A stretch of 53,595 bases of DNA, taken from positions 1-53,595 of the IMG/VR virus record IMGVR_UViG_3300040734_000009. One strand, given 5' to 3'. Under the pieces are notes generated by a model, which did no database searches, was not told where the DNA came from, and was given only the letters and a program-made list of their open reading frames with translations. The translations under genes and the position numbers were made by a program. This DNA comes from a virus. Lineage: Duplodnaviria; Caudoviricetes. Position 1 is the first letter of the stretch, and each line of letters opens with the position of its first letter. Shown here piece by piece: positions 27,017 through 39,600 of this stretch.

Positions 27017-27387
27017 ATAAGATCAAACAATGGTACCGCCTCCATTATCCACTGTGCCTGTTCTGCGGTCACTACGTTTACGAAGGGGACCTGGCTCACA
27101 TCATACGCCGGTCATATACCTCAGAGATCATGACGCTGAAACTCAATACGGGCCTTGCGCACAGGGAATGTCACGATTGTTACGATAATGATGCGGAGCA
27201 GGCACAATTCCTTCCCCGGATGCCGGAGGTCCTATTCATTGCCTTCCTTCTGGATCCGGAATACTTCTACCAGGTGGCCGACAAATACCCTCTGCTGCAC
27301 CCGTTCTTTGAGCGGTTCCCGGAGGTGGAGATAGGAAAGATTGAACATCATGGAGAAATACTTTCACTTCAATACTTAGTACAATGA
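26995..27387 (+). CDS. HNH-like / Zn-binding nuclease-like protein
   Basis: CLFCG, DLAHII and N...AHRECH..YD motifs. Confidence 0.6.
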   Translation: MHPEVQLNKIKQWYRLHYPLCLFCGHYVYEGDLAHIIRRSYTSEIMTLKLNTGLAHRECHDCYDNDAEQAQFLPRMPEVLFIAFLLDPEYFYQVADKYPLLHPFFERFPEVEIGKIEHHGEILSLQYLVQ

Positions 27388-27674
27388 ATGAACTGCACGA
27401 ACCAATGGTTGTGACAAAATACCCGAATATGCATGTGATCATCACTCCCGTAGAGATGCCTGTGAAACCATACACCAAGGAGGACCGGCGAAGAGATATA
27501 CTTCGATTCGTTAGGCAAGTCCTTACCTATATAGGGTTTGTTATACTCATGCTCGGACTGTGTGTAGGGGTATCGTTATTGCTGGCCGGGACAAAATGGT
27601 TAGGAATATGGCTGATGGTCTGCCTATGGCTTGGATGGCTTACATCGGCAGTGAGAGTGTTATTTTTCAACTGA
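27384..27674 (+). CDS. Two-TM membrane protein
   Basis: Two hydrophobic C-terminal segments. Confidence 0.6.
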   Translation: MNELHEPMVVTKYPNMHVIITPVEMPVKPYTKEDRRRDILRFVRQVLTYIGFVILMLGLCVGVSLLLAGTKWLGIWLMVCLWLGWLTSAVRVLFFN

Positions 27675-27688
27675 ATTGATATTTTTCA

Positions 27689-27696
27689 TAACTTTG
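27689..27696 (+). promoter_or_regulatory. Bacteroidota -7 promoter element (TAACTTTG)
   Basis: Exact TAnnTTTG in the intergenic gap, 23 nt before the ATG at 27719. Confidence 0.55.
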
Positions 27697-27718
27697 ATTA
27701 GTTCTTAATCAAATCACC

Positions 27719-28555
27719 ATGAAGAATCACAAGATAGATGATGGCTATTTTAAGATGGTTAGAGATGCAATGACAAATGCAAAGCCGGGCGAGATGGTCT
27801 TTTTGGAGCCCAATAAACAGCCTATTGTTGTAACTACTATGAGTGATCTTGAGATTCAAATGTCAAGGCTTGGGAAAATACCGAAGCCGGAAGGTTCGTT
27901 TCTTCTGATTCATTATAGTGGACACCTAAAGCCTGCGCCAACTGCAATGACGGAAGAGGAAGCGAATAAAATCCTTGACGATTCAAAGCACAAAAAACGA
28001 GTGATAAGGGAAATCTGGGATTATCTGACATTCGGCATAAATAGATACCACATAAAACTATTATTTATTTTACTTGCTGCACTTCTGCTATGCACCTCCT
28101 GTTATGTCACCACCCTCACCCACTCTGAGGCTATGGATCAGTCGGTCCTCGGAGATACCAAAGAGGGCATCATTGCCCGGGCCGGTCTGCCGGACGCAAA
28201 ACAAGTCGAGGGCGAATATGAGCAATGGACCTATTATGGCAATCAGACCATCACAACATACAAGCGCCCGGTCACCACTACTACAACCGGATCCATTGTA
28301 CCGGGATCTCACAACGCCTCCGGGGACATCAATAGCGCCAATGTAGCCACAAGCACTTATTCATACGGCGGAGGGTCCACATCCCAGGTATCAAACCAAT
28401 ACCTCAAGCTCATGTTTAAGGATGGTATTGTGGTAGGCTGGGATACTCAGGGGATTGATCTTTCAGAGAAGGAGCCTGATACCAAAACCACTTCGATAGT
28501 AGCTGTTTTCACAGTAATTCTCGCTATTATTTTGGGAGTTTCATTGGGATTATAG
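27719..28555 (+). CDS. Membrane protein with internal lipobox, SmpA/BamE-like domain and C-terminal TM
   Basis: IKLLFILLAALLLCTS-C at aa 112-128; G.TKE.II...GLPD.....EQWTY and L.FKDG.V..W patterns; hydrophobic C-terminus. Confidence 0.6.
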   Translation: MKNHKIDDGYFKMVRDAMTNAKPGEMVFLEPNKQPIVVTTMSDLEIQMSRLGKIPKPEGSFLLIHYSGHLKPAPTAMTEEEANKILDDSKHKKRVIREIWDYLTFGINRYHIKLLFILLAALLLCTSCYVTTLTHSEAMDQSVLGDTKEGIIARAGLPDAKQVEGEYEQWTYYGNQTITTYKRPVTTTTTGSIVPGSHNASGDINSANVATSTYSYGGGSTSQVSNQYLKLMFKDGIVVGWDTQGIDLSEKEPDTKTTSIVAVFTVILAIILGVSLGL

Positions 28556-28556
28556 T

Positions 28557-28580
28557 AAAACCCCGACATCTCTGCCGGGG
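28557..28580 (-). terminator. Intrinsic terminator after the portal gene
   Basis: CCCCGGCA-GAGA-TGTCGGGG-TTTT on the minus strand, between convergent genes. Confidence 0.7.
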
Positions 28581-28625
28581 CTCCAACCCTAAAACTAACC
28601 TAAAACAACCCCGCCGGGTATTTCA

Positions 28626-30629
28626 TTATGCAGCTGGCATCTGTCTGCCACCCTTCATTCCTATAGCCTGTTGTAGCATAGCCATTGCCCTCGGGTCAGC
28701 CTGTCCGACCTGTGCGGCGATCTCGGGAGGTAGTTGCCCTGGCATTCCACCAGCATTGAGTGATTCCATACGTGTACGGACCGATGCTAATAGCTTCTCA
28801 GCAAATGGCATGGATGTATGTTCGAGAAACATTTCAAGGTCAATAAGATTACTTTTAAGAAGCTCGAAGAGCATGTCATCAACCATCTGGCGATACACAG
28901 GGGTATCCTTTCCTTGTGCGATAGCCATATCCCAATCAAGGTCCCTTGCAAGTTCCGGGTCATAAATCTTCTCTTCTTTAGTGGCAGCCAGACCATTGAT
29001 AGCCAGGTACCTCTTATCCTTATAGAACTGAGTGATAACCTTCAGGGCCTTACGGTTCCTGCGGAGTATCATGCTTTGATAGCTCTGCAGCTGGTCCACC
29101 ACATTCAAGGTTGCGTTCTGTGCCTCCTGTGCGTATAGTGCTGCCGGCGTTCCTGACGGTGCCCTTTGACCCTGGATTGATTCATTGATACCTGAATTCT
29201 TCTCAAGCAGCCCCATCTGCAGGTTAAGCATCTCCATAATACCTGCCGGTACTGATGATGCGGCAATCTGCTTCGGGAGCTGTCCGTCCGCACGAGGTTT
29301 ATAGAAAATAACTCCATTGAATCGGCGGTACTCATCAGCGAACTGTTCCGGAGTCATACCTTCAGGCACACAATCTTCTGGCACCATAAGCACTCCCTTG
29401 GCTGACGCTCCGATAATAAAGTCAAGCATTATGACCATACGGTTGATATACCTCTGTTGATCAAGCATATCTTCGACAAAACCCCACACTTCACCGTCAA
29501 GCAAGGGGAACAATACCAATGAGTACGGATGCTCTTCATGCTTGTAGGGAGATTCGGCCTCGAACAGGCAATGGCCCAATGGAGTAAGAAACTTCACATA
29601 CCAGAACTGTTCATGCTTGGCTTCGGCTTCCAGGAGAGGAACCTCGGTCTTGTCTATCCCATTTGCCAACGCCATTTCAAGCCTGGCATTATTCTCCTTT
29701 GCGATCTCCGACATTGGTGTGTCAGTGATAGTATAAGAACCATCCATGGGATCATGCACATAGGTCCTCCATGCACTCCGGAGCTGCCATATCTCAAACA
29801 GGCGAGCTTTGTTGCTGTCCCTGGGAATATAGAAATCGAGGCTATCCACCCTCCGGGCATCGAATCCATAATCAGAGAAGAAGTCCTTGGAAGATATGTT
29901 TGCATATACTTCCCGGATTCTTTGCTCCTGTGCTGTGTTCTTGGCGAAGGCGCTGACTATGTTATCTACCGTGGTATCTATGATCTCCCCTATTAATCTC
30001 AGGTCTTTCAGCCTGACATCTGATACATCGGTATTAAGGAAGAGCCTGTTTATATTGGTGTTCTCGATAGTAAGGTCCTCAAGGTTGCGCTCTTTCCAAT
30101 AGTCATAACCTATTTTTTGACAGCCCACACCAGACATTAAGTAAACCTCCAGCTGTCTTGCATCAAGTTCCTTTACCTCGTTAAGCTCAAGAGCACACTG
30201 CAAGGTATTCGTAAGCATTTCACCCAGGGAGGCTTCCTCTCGACCACGCGCAATAACCACGGCCTTAGTCGGGTTACTACGAAACTGCCCTATAAGGTTC
30301 GCAACCAGAGGACGTATGCGGTTCTGTTTCAATGGCACCTTGCCTTGGTTCATAAGGTGTGTTTCCTCAGTGATCCATCGGCCCGTATCCGGATCCTGCA
30401 TCTCATCTGACCACTGATCTCCACGGTAGTATTTGCGGTTGCGCCTTGCCCTGGTGCGAAGATCTCTCATACTCTCCCACCACCTGCGGGCCTCTTCGAG
30501 AAGCTGCATGTTCTCCCGGGTATCGCTGTCAAGGGATGCAACCGGCAGAGGAACAACCTTCTGCTTTCGCATGCCTATCTTGCTGTTGGGACGCTTCTTT
30601 AATTCTTCTACTGATATGCTCTTTTTCAT
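28626..30629 (-). CDS. Portal protein (P22-like)
   Basis: 667 aa; YYRGDQW, N.IRP.V....G, G.VEDM.D.QR.IN and SGIN....G motifs. Confidence 0.88.
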   Translation of the reverse strand: MKKSISVEELKKRPNSKIGMRKQKVVPLPVASLDSDTRENMQLLEEARRWWESMRDLRTRARRNRKYYRGDQWSDEMQDPDTGRWITEETHLMNQGKVPLKQNRIRPLVANLIGQFRSNPTKAVVIARGREEASLGEMLTNTLQCALELNEVKELDARQLEVYLMSGVGCQKIGYDYWKERNLEDLTIENTNINRLFLNTDVSDVRLKDLRLIGEIIDTTVDNIVSAFAKNTAQEQRIREVYANISSKDFFSDYGFDARRVDSLDFYIPRDSNKARLFEIWQLRSAWRTYVHDPMDGSYTITDTPMSEIAKENNARLEMALANGIDKTEVPLLEAEAKHEQFWYVKFLTPLGHCLFEAESPYKHEEHPYSLVLFPLLDGEVWGFVEDMLDQQRYINRMVIMLDFIIGASAKGVLMVPEDCVPEGMTPEQFADEYRRFNGVIFYKPRADGQLPKQIAASSVPAGIMEMLNLQMGLLEKNSGINESIQGQRAPSGTPAALYAQEAQNATLNVVDQLQSYQSMILRRNRKALKVITQFYKDKRYLAINGLAATKEEKIYDPELARDLDWDMAIAQGKDTPVYRQMVDDMLFELLKSNLIDLEMFLEHTSMPFAEKLLASVRTRMESLNAGGMPGQLPPEIAAQVGQADPRAMAMLQQAIGMKGGRQMPAA

Positions 30630-30633
30630 GTGC

Positions 30634-33600
30634 TTAGTATTTTCTGTTGTATCTTGCTTCGAGTTCTTTTATCTGGCCAATACAACGATCCATCATCTCA
30701 ATGACCAGGCTTGCCGTTTCCATGTCATCCTTGGTCTCTGTCTTAGTCATGTCGCTGATCTGATCCTCATACATATCAAAGAGCTGTTTGCGCTCGATAC
30801 GGTACTTATCGTTAGCCATGCGAGAATACTGTGATATATCCCCTGTTTCGCGGCCTTTCTTTTCATACTCTTTCATTAGGGCCACATCACGATCATTATC
30901 TCCCTTCAACTCATAGTATTCAGAGATAATCGCCCATTTGGCCTCGGGGGTCTTGCGAATAAACCGGTCCACAAATGGCACGTTCCTGAAATCTATTTCT
31001 TCATCCGGGTTAAGGGCCTGCTTGACTGTGGTGATGAGATCCGAGAACACACCTCCGGTACCTCCGGTATATCCCTTGAACAGGTGTTCCACTGTTGAAG
31101 GGTTAACATCGAGCAATACCTTTCGGGTGCGTCCCTGTTTGTCGGTGTAATACTTATACCGGCTGTCACCACCACTCCATCGGAATAGCATATCTGTAAA
31201 GAATTTGGCTGCAGGGTTCACGTTATCCTTCCCGAGAGCGGAATGTGCCAGGTATTTCTTCTGTTCCCTGGTAAAGGGCTCCTTCTTGATAGTATAACCC
31301 ATGTAGTTGCGATTCTCTGCCAGCTCTGCAACGGGTTTGAATATGGTAGGGACAATAGGTGCAATGGAGAATTCGCCTGACTTATAGAAACCACCGATAT
31401 CCACCGGCAGTAATCCTCCCATGAAGTTACCGAGAGCTGTAGTCACGGCCTCACCTGCTTTCATTCTTCCGGTAGCCACATCAAAACCGACAGACCCAAT
31501 GGATTTGAATCCCCGCCAGAACTGAGGAAGGGGTATGCTCAGATATTTATTGCTCTTCTTGCTCATATCCCCGATCTTTGGCAGAGGTATCACAAGGTAA
31601 TTCTGCCTCATGTAGGGATTGAGGTTATAGTATGAGCTGTCCGGATCGTCATCATCATCAGTCAAGGCGTTCATCATTGCTTCAAGGAATCCCAACATAA
31701 CGAATGAGAAGGCTATCTGGGTAAACCGTTTCGGTGTATCCTTTGCCAGCTTGAAGTTTTTCTGCATTGACTGTACTGCCACATTGAAGAATGCGAACCA
31801 TGCGTCCCATGCCTTGCTCCCCTTACCTTTCCGGTTAAAGTTCACGGAGGCTTCTTTTGCATCCATGGCCGCATCCTCCTTGGTGTTCCCTATGGCAAGT
31901 GATGACAGGTACACGGAGAACCTTGTGGCATCCTCAAATATCTTATTCCAGTGTTCAACGGCATCAAGCAGGGCATAACCGGCATCACCAATTCCTCCGG
32001 CAATAGTACCTTTGCGGATCATCCGGGCAACCTCCTTATTGATATCCTTCTCTATCTCCTCTGGGGTCTTTGAGTGTGTGTAACCGGTGGCGCCTCCGTA
32101 GTTATAGAAGTCCTCGAGATCCTGGTCCACGGACCGGCGAAGGTCCTGTTTGCCCTGTATCCTGCGTATAATAGCCGGGAATGCAGCTCGATAGCTCTTA
32201 ATGACCTTACCGCCTGTCTTGGATTTGATCTGTTGGGTAATAGATGCCTCCTGGAAGTCACGCATGAAGTTCGTGAAGGGGAACACTATGTTCCAGCTGG
32301 TATAAAGTGCCTTCAGCATGTTATTCATGTGTCCCATCAAGGCCATAACCTTATTGAGATCCCGGGCATCGTATATGTTACCGAAGATGGTCCGGTACAT
32401 ATAGTTCTGTTTGTTCATTGCCTGGGCCGTGGATAGCTGCCTGTTGTTGAATACCATCACCATATCACCACCGGGCTTGTGTACTATCACCTCATGTTCA
32501 CGGGACTGCCGTGGTTTACGGAGCCTCTCATGCTCGGTATGTATCTTCAGCCTGGCATCACCGGCATCAAACATCTCCTGCGGTGGCCGGCTGATAGTGG
32601 GCTCCCATTCCTCGGTACCATCCGGAAGAGTAATCCTGATATAGTACAGCTTCTTAATGGTAGCAAGTTCATGGATCTCGTTGTTTGCAAGGTTACGGAC
32701 GATAAGGTTCAGCATTGATGTCTTGACCTCGTTATCCACCTGTTCAGCGATAGCCTGGAACTGCACATTGAGCAGATATGCAAGCGGGTTATCGGCAAGC
32801 GACTTACGGCCCTTGGCATACTGCAATGACCTGCTGAATCCCTCACCCTTGGTGTATATAAGTTCCTTGGCCGCTCCTTCCCTCCATCCTCTTAGTGGCA
32901 CAAAGTATCTGAACTGCGAGAGATATTCCTGTTTCTGATCCGGAGATATCTGGTTGCCCTTCTCCCAGGTATCGAGTATGGCAGAGGTAGCAGACCCTAT
33001 TTTCTTCCACAGGTTGTCAATGAGTTTCTTATCCACCTGCCCTTCGAACTCGGCGACTATATCAGCCGCAAGCTGATCCGGGCTTGTATATGTGCCTTCG
33101 GTATCGAATCCCATCACCCCGGAGTAATCCTTATCCTTCAGCTCATCCATCTTGGCATTGACCTCATCCTGCGGCACGTTCTCTTTATGGCTCTCAACCC
33201 ACTCCTTCAGCTCACGACTGCGGAACGCCGGGTTACGCTCCATGGCATGTTTGGCAATGATATACGGAAGCACATCCTCTCCTGGCATACCGGCACGTTT
33301 GATGTCTGCTACAGCCTGCAGGATAGGTTTCATCTTGCCCTCGAAGTAATCCGTGTAAAGTTTCTCCTGCCGTCCGAATGATAGGCTAATATCGCGGTAA
33401 GGCTTGCTGTCATTATCCTGTTTTCCTCCGCGCATAAGCACCTCTTCCTCGAACTTACGGATAGGCAACGAGAGATCCTGGATGTATTCACGGATCCCCT
33501 GCAGCGTCTCTTCCCCGGTGCGGATGGCTTTTCTCTCAGAGTATGCCTCTACTGCTCGACCAAGTGTAGTGTTGCGTTTGGCTGCTGCCTTCTTGCGGGA

Positions 33601-36600
33601 CCGGAAATGTGCCCCTGATGCCTGTATGTATTCACCGGCATATTCAAAGTTCTCCGGTTGCGGACGGCTGCGGTAGAATCCCTTTTCACCTTCCGGAGTC
33701 TTTTCAAGATTGGTACGGCTCTGCCGGAGTAGAGAATAGATATCATTGTCAGTGAATGCGATGTCAAATATCTTGCGAAGTAATTCCCGTATCTTTGCTA
33801 TAATGCGCTGAAATAGTGACGGATTCACATTATCCTCTGCCATCATGCCAAGGTATTCCTCGGCAATGAGCTTGCGGTTCTCAGTCCAGTCATACTGATA
33901 TCTGATAAGAGTGAGGTCATCATCCGGGATGCTGTCATAGATCTCGGCCAGCAGATTATCATAACCCTTGTCACCTAGGAGAATCGGCAGGCCCTTATGT
34001 GCAACTGCCTCATGCAGGACAGTCTTAATCCCTTCGTCAATGGCCCTCGGATAACCGAGTTTCATCAGGTCATCAAGGAGAACATACATGGTGCCAGTCT
34101 TTTCATTCCATGCACCGTACATTGTCTCGTTCTCCCATACCCCTATGCGCTTTGCCTGTGCCTGAATATTCGGAGGTAATTCCGTCCGATTATTGATTGC
34201 CTGAATGGGTGTTTTAAGCTCCAGCCCCAGGTTCTCTATCATGATCCTTACTTTATACTTCTGGTCATCCAGCTCATCAGCTTCCAGAAGATCCGAGAGA
34301 GCATTCCATCCGGTAGCCTGTTCCGTTCTGGGTATGACACCCCTGCGGAAGGAAGAAACGTCGCCATCTTGTTTTTTGGCACCTGGCATAATATTTCCAG
34401 AAATAATACTTGGATTTTGGAATGCATTGATTATCTTTACGGCAGAATTAAGCTGTTTTACAGCGTCAGCGGGGCTACTGCTGAATGTATTGCGGCTTAT
34501 TTTCTTTTTATCATTTATCCAGTCTGTCATCCGCCCAACGTCTGCATAGTCCATCAAATCGCTGTTAATCCAGTCAATAATATTTGAGGTCGTGCGAGGA
34601 TGAATGCTTCTTATGCTGTTGATGCGGATATTCCCTTGTTCTCTGTTTGTTTCAATGGCTACCACAAAACTTCTGTTACCTTGTTTTAATTCCGTAAGAA
34701 TAACATTACTTCCTATGCGAGTGGCACTACGGAATACTGCAAGTGGGTTTTGAATTGCACTTGGCAAATCTTTTACTTCTGTCAAATCGAATGGATGGTT
34801 CTCCTGATTAGATTTATGAGTTAAGCGGAGTGAACTCATCTCTATCGGAAGATTAGGTATGCCTGCAGACTGTAAAATATCCGAAGGCATTCCTAATTGA
34901 TACACGTGTCCTTTTGTAAGCGTTCCTTCAATCTGCTGTTCCAGTTCCCTATTGAATGTTTCATTTATAACACTGATTGACTGCCCGCCTGTCCTAAATA
35001 TGGCAACTTTGCCATTTTCTTCCTTGGTCTGAATGGTCTTGAATAACTCATCGAATGCCTCCGATATGGGTCCTATCTCCTCATTAGTGGGATAAGGGTA
35101 TTTGCTCTCCGCTCCGCCTGCCTGCACGATATAGTCAACCATATCCCGAAGTGCAACCAGGTATTCGTTCTTTAAGCCCTTATCAATGAGTTTTGCCCTT
35201 GCATAAGCCTCGAATGACCTGGCTCCCATCTCAATAGTGGTGCTCCAATAGTCTTTTGATCTCAGTTTATCAAGTTCTCTCGATCTGTTAGGCAGGCCGG
35301 ATTTGTTAATAGCCTTTACCACTCCGTTGAATGCCTCAAGGACCTCTGGACGGATTGATTCATCCGTGCTCCCATCCTGTTTGATCAGGGGCCTGGGGCG
35401 GTCAGTAATAAACTCAGTCCTTCGACCTCTCATGCGGGAGAAATAACTGTCAACTGCGTGGAACCATTCATGCGCAAGGCTACCCGGTCCGCTCCCCTTT
35501 GTCAGGTTGATGACTATCTCCCCGGGCTCATAGTGAGCAGCGGCCGGATTCTTCCCTCCCGTTCCGCGAGCGCCAAAGGCTATTCCAAGTTCTCCTGTCA
35601 AGCTGAGGGCTTTTGGCGGTACAGTAATTATCTCAGAGAGATCCATGAGGGCATCATAAGCCTCATTCAGATCTTCTTGCCGGCGCTGTTGTTCTACATA
35701 ATTACCAAACTGCACACCTCGGAAACCGAATGTCTCTGCAAACATCTCAGGTGTAACGTCCTTGCCTCCACGATAGTCCTTGCCAATCCTCATACCGCGG
35801 GACTCCGGACGCTCAAATGGGATAATTTTCTTTTCGTCAAGCATCTTCTCGAGCTCTTCCTGATGGTTCTCGATATATCTCCTGGCCTCAGATACCTTAT
35901 CGAATCCCTGTGCCAGTGTGATGAACTTACCGGGACCTACCTTCTTGCCGACAAATATTCCTTTCTTATCCCTCTCCCGCCACATATCAAATTTCACCTT
36001 CTGAGGAGCCTCTGTTTCTGTGGTGAGGATATACTTCAGGCCGGCAACCGCATCTTCCCGTTTATTAAACTCTTGGATGATATACCTGCCCTTGACTATA
36101 CCAAATGTGCCGGAGCTGCTGAATCGCTTTATCTCGTAACCCTTCAGAGATGTGATCTCCGGGAAGCCAAGTTCTATCAGAGTGCCGGTATGCACCTTCA
36201 TCTGCATAATAGCATAGCTATCTTCCTTCTCGTTCATGAGGTCCATAAACGATTTACCCTTGTGCTCTGCTTTGAATTCTTCTTTATTAGTAATCCATCT
36301 GAGAACGTCCTTATAGGCATTCACTCCCCTGAGCCATTTCTGTAACTTATATGTTGCCTTTGGTTTGGGGCCAATCTCCTGGCGGAAGTAATGAAGGAAT
36401 GCGGCCTCTTCTTTTGTGGCCGTTCCGCTATTAATCAATTCCTTGTAGTCAATCGGTGGTAGGACCTTGGATATGGAATTATTCAGAATATCCTCATCGG
36501 TAGTATCAAGCTGTTTCTTAATCTGCCCACGGATCTCCTTCTTAGCCCCTGCTATATGCTCACCGAAGTCCTCAATCTTCTGTGTCGGTTTGGATACACC

Positions 36601-39600
36601 GACATATTCCATCTTGAGAACGTCTACCTCTTCCTTGGTTGGCGTTTCGGCCTTCTCATCTGATTCTGCCGGCGGCTCATCAAAATCCATTGCCTGCTGC
36701 TGAAGAGCAGATTCTATCTTCCCTTTCTGCTCTCTTTTTAGGGACTCGATATCCTTTCTGAGTCCCGCGATCTTCTCTTCAAAGGGCTTGCGGACAGCGG
36801 CACGGGTAGCCTCATTATATGTGAATCCCTGCTCGTCACGGCCAATGACCTCATCCTTTTCAACCGGCTTGGTATCACCGAATAGGCCATTGCGTTCATC
36901 TGCCTTAACGAGAGCCTCCCGCATATCCTTCTCGGCCTGAGTGATTGCTTCTTCTTTTTTGGCAATAAGGCCAGTATACTCCTTATTGATATTGTCAATT
37001 TTCTTCTGTTGGGAAGGAGTATACTTAGGAGTAGAGGTTTGCTCGAGATATTCGCCAGCGAACTCAGGCTTCTTAGTATCTGAATTTGGTTTTCCCTGGA
37101 CTTTCTTAATTGTTCCGGCTTCAGACCATTCATTATACCACTGTCGAAGCGGTACAGAATTTGGCTCTGCGTTCATTGAGTAGGTTACTATTTCTTCCCC
37201 GTCGAAATAGTAATGTATTGTGTCGTGGTCATCATCAATCTTATTGGTCAGGGCCCTCTTAAAATCAATGAATTGAATGTCTTTAGGATTTGATCTCTTC
37301 ACATATTCAAGCCAATCTGCCTGTGATGCTGTTCTTGGATCTGGTTTTTCCAATACCTCTCCGGCAAATTCAGGTTTCTTGGCTGATTCTGTAGTTTTTG
37401 CAAAGGCTTCGATGTCATCCTTCAGCTGACTGAATGCCTTTACAGTGGCCTCTCCGGATTTTTGGGCTATGCCATTGAGCGCAACACTAACCTTGTCGTA
37501 AAGTGATTGTATGGCATCGAGGTCATTCTTTACCATAGCCTCTTCGAAGGCATCTCTCCATGATTTAAGATCGTCTGCACCTTCGGGCTTCTTGGTGCCA
37601 CTATCCTCAATCTCCTGTGCCTGCTCAATGGTTATTTCTCCTGCATTAACAAGATCCATGAGCTGCTTGTACTTTACATCACGGAGGTTTACCTGAGTGC
37701 CGGCATAGAAATGATTAGCATTGCCCTTGAATTGTCCCGTAGATATAGCCAAAAATACTCCGTTTTTGAACCATATGCGGTTTGCATCGGCGTTCTCAAC
37801 CAAATTGATATCAAAGCCTTTTCCCTTTAGTATCTCTCCTGGTATTCTCTGATCACGGTGATTAACATAGTCAAAGAAGCTATTGATCTTACTCCCGACG
37901 TATGGCACAAATCCCTTACCAAATACTGACCAGGTATCCGAGGTGCTCTCTGATTTCTTGAGGCTATTGAAGAAGCTAAATACTTCCTTTGGGAGGGTCA
38001 GCTCTGAAAGGTATTTCTCGGGTTTTTCGAGACTGTTAACCTCTGAGACAATAGCCTTTGCCTTATCAATAGCAGATAACTTAGGCTCTTGTGTTGGTTG
38101 TTCAAAGTAATCTCCTGCAAATTCAGGGGATGCCGGTTTGGACGGTTTTGCTCCTGTCTCCTCTGGGAATTTTACTCCTTCCTCAATAAGCTCATCACGG
38201 GATAGGTTTATAATGCGCTCATCTCTCCCCTTGAAGATTTCAAGGGTCTGACCGTCCCATTCATAAGATATGTAGTCGCTGTGTTCGGAGTCGGGTAGCC
38301 ACTCCTCTATTGCGTGGATTTCCCTTTCGTAGGCTGGGAATTCTCCGAAGGATTCTCCTGTCTCTCCCTCTCCTCCTTCCTCTCCATCATCTCGGCCTTC
38401 AGTTGCAGGGCCTCCTGGTACTTCGTTGTTCCCTTCGCTGCTGCTCTCAACGCTACTAACCTGGTCAACCAGGCCGTTAATTTGCTTTTGTCTTTCGTTG
38501 TCATTGAGAATGTTTTTAAGTTCGCTAAACTGCTTCTCGTTCAGCCCATAAGGGAAGGAGCTTGTAAAATATGCGGGATCGGATTCGGCAAGTGCCCTGA
38601 TGTCATCAAGGGTCTTGCCTAACTCACTGATCTCGACCTCAAAGATACGCAAAATTTCCGAATCTTCCGCTGCCATCGGGCTTAATTCTTCAGCAATCAC
38701 CTGGCTGGCATCAATGTCGTCCTGCTGCTCGGGAGATTCGTATTCGGGCTGATCGTTATTAACGGCATCAGCCTTGGCTTGCATCTCGTCTATCCTTGTA
38801 CGGATATCATTCATACCATGGACCGACAGTAGTATATCCATGAATGCCCTTTCGGCCATTTGTGAGTCCTCAAACTCAGCGAGCAACTCCGGATGCGTCT
38901 GGAATATCAGTGTCTCATTAAGCTTGTCTGTCTTAATCCCGTCACCCTTGTGGGCCCATATGTATGATGCATAGTCTTGCCGGCTACGGGTGCCAAGGTG
39001 ATGCTTGAGTGATGCTGTGCTTATCCTTCCACGATTGAGGAAGAACTGATACACCCCTTCCTCGAATGATTGCGGTTCCCGAGAGAGTCTTGCCTGATCG
39101 GCCTTGCTCATCGGCCAACCCTTCTTCTCTTTCAGTGGCTTGATAGGACGGGTGTCCTTGGTCTGTGCCTGTGGCAGTTCTGCAGAAGGAGTGTATTTGA
39201 CCCCTCCTTTGATTTCGTCAAATAGTTCTTTCAGGCTGAATATCTCAGAAACCTCTTTGCCATTAAGTTTGGATACCGCAATCTGATCCCCTCTGACATT
39301 CTTGTTTTTAGCATATCCTCCTATTTGTGCATCATACGCCCCTCCCATTGTGCCAAGGAAACTTCCTTTCAGTGACTCATATGAATCTCCTCTTTCAACA
39401 TAGGCACGGATAAGGTCAATGGCTGCCTCTCTTGGTGTTGTGATCTTCGGTTTCTCTGTCTGCTTAGTCTTTAAGTTAAGATCAGCCGGCTTCCGGGTTC
39501 TATTTGCATCACCGAGCCACTCCTTGAACCCCTCCATTGACATCTTGGTAATGGAGCCGAAGCCCTTCCATCCGGGCTCATAGTTAGCCATGTAGTTCGC

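Noticed and set aside
35458-36345. Long antisense ORFs (295 aa here, 257 aa at 6975-7748, and many shorter ones)
   Set aside because: They lie wholly opposite well-supported genes and lack recognisable motifs; treated as shadow ORFs.
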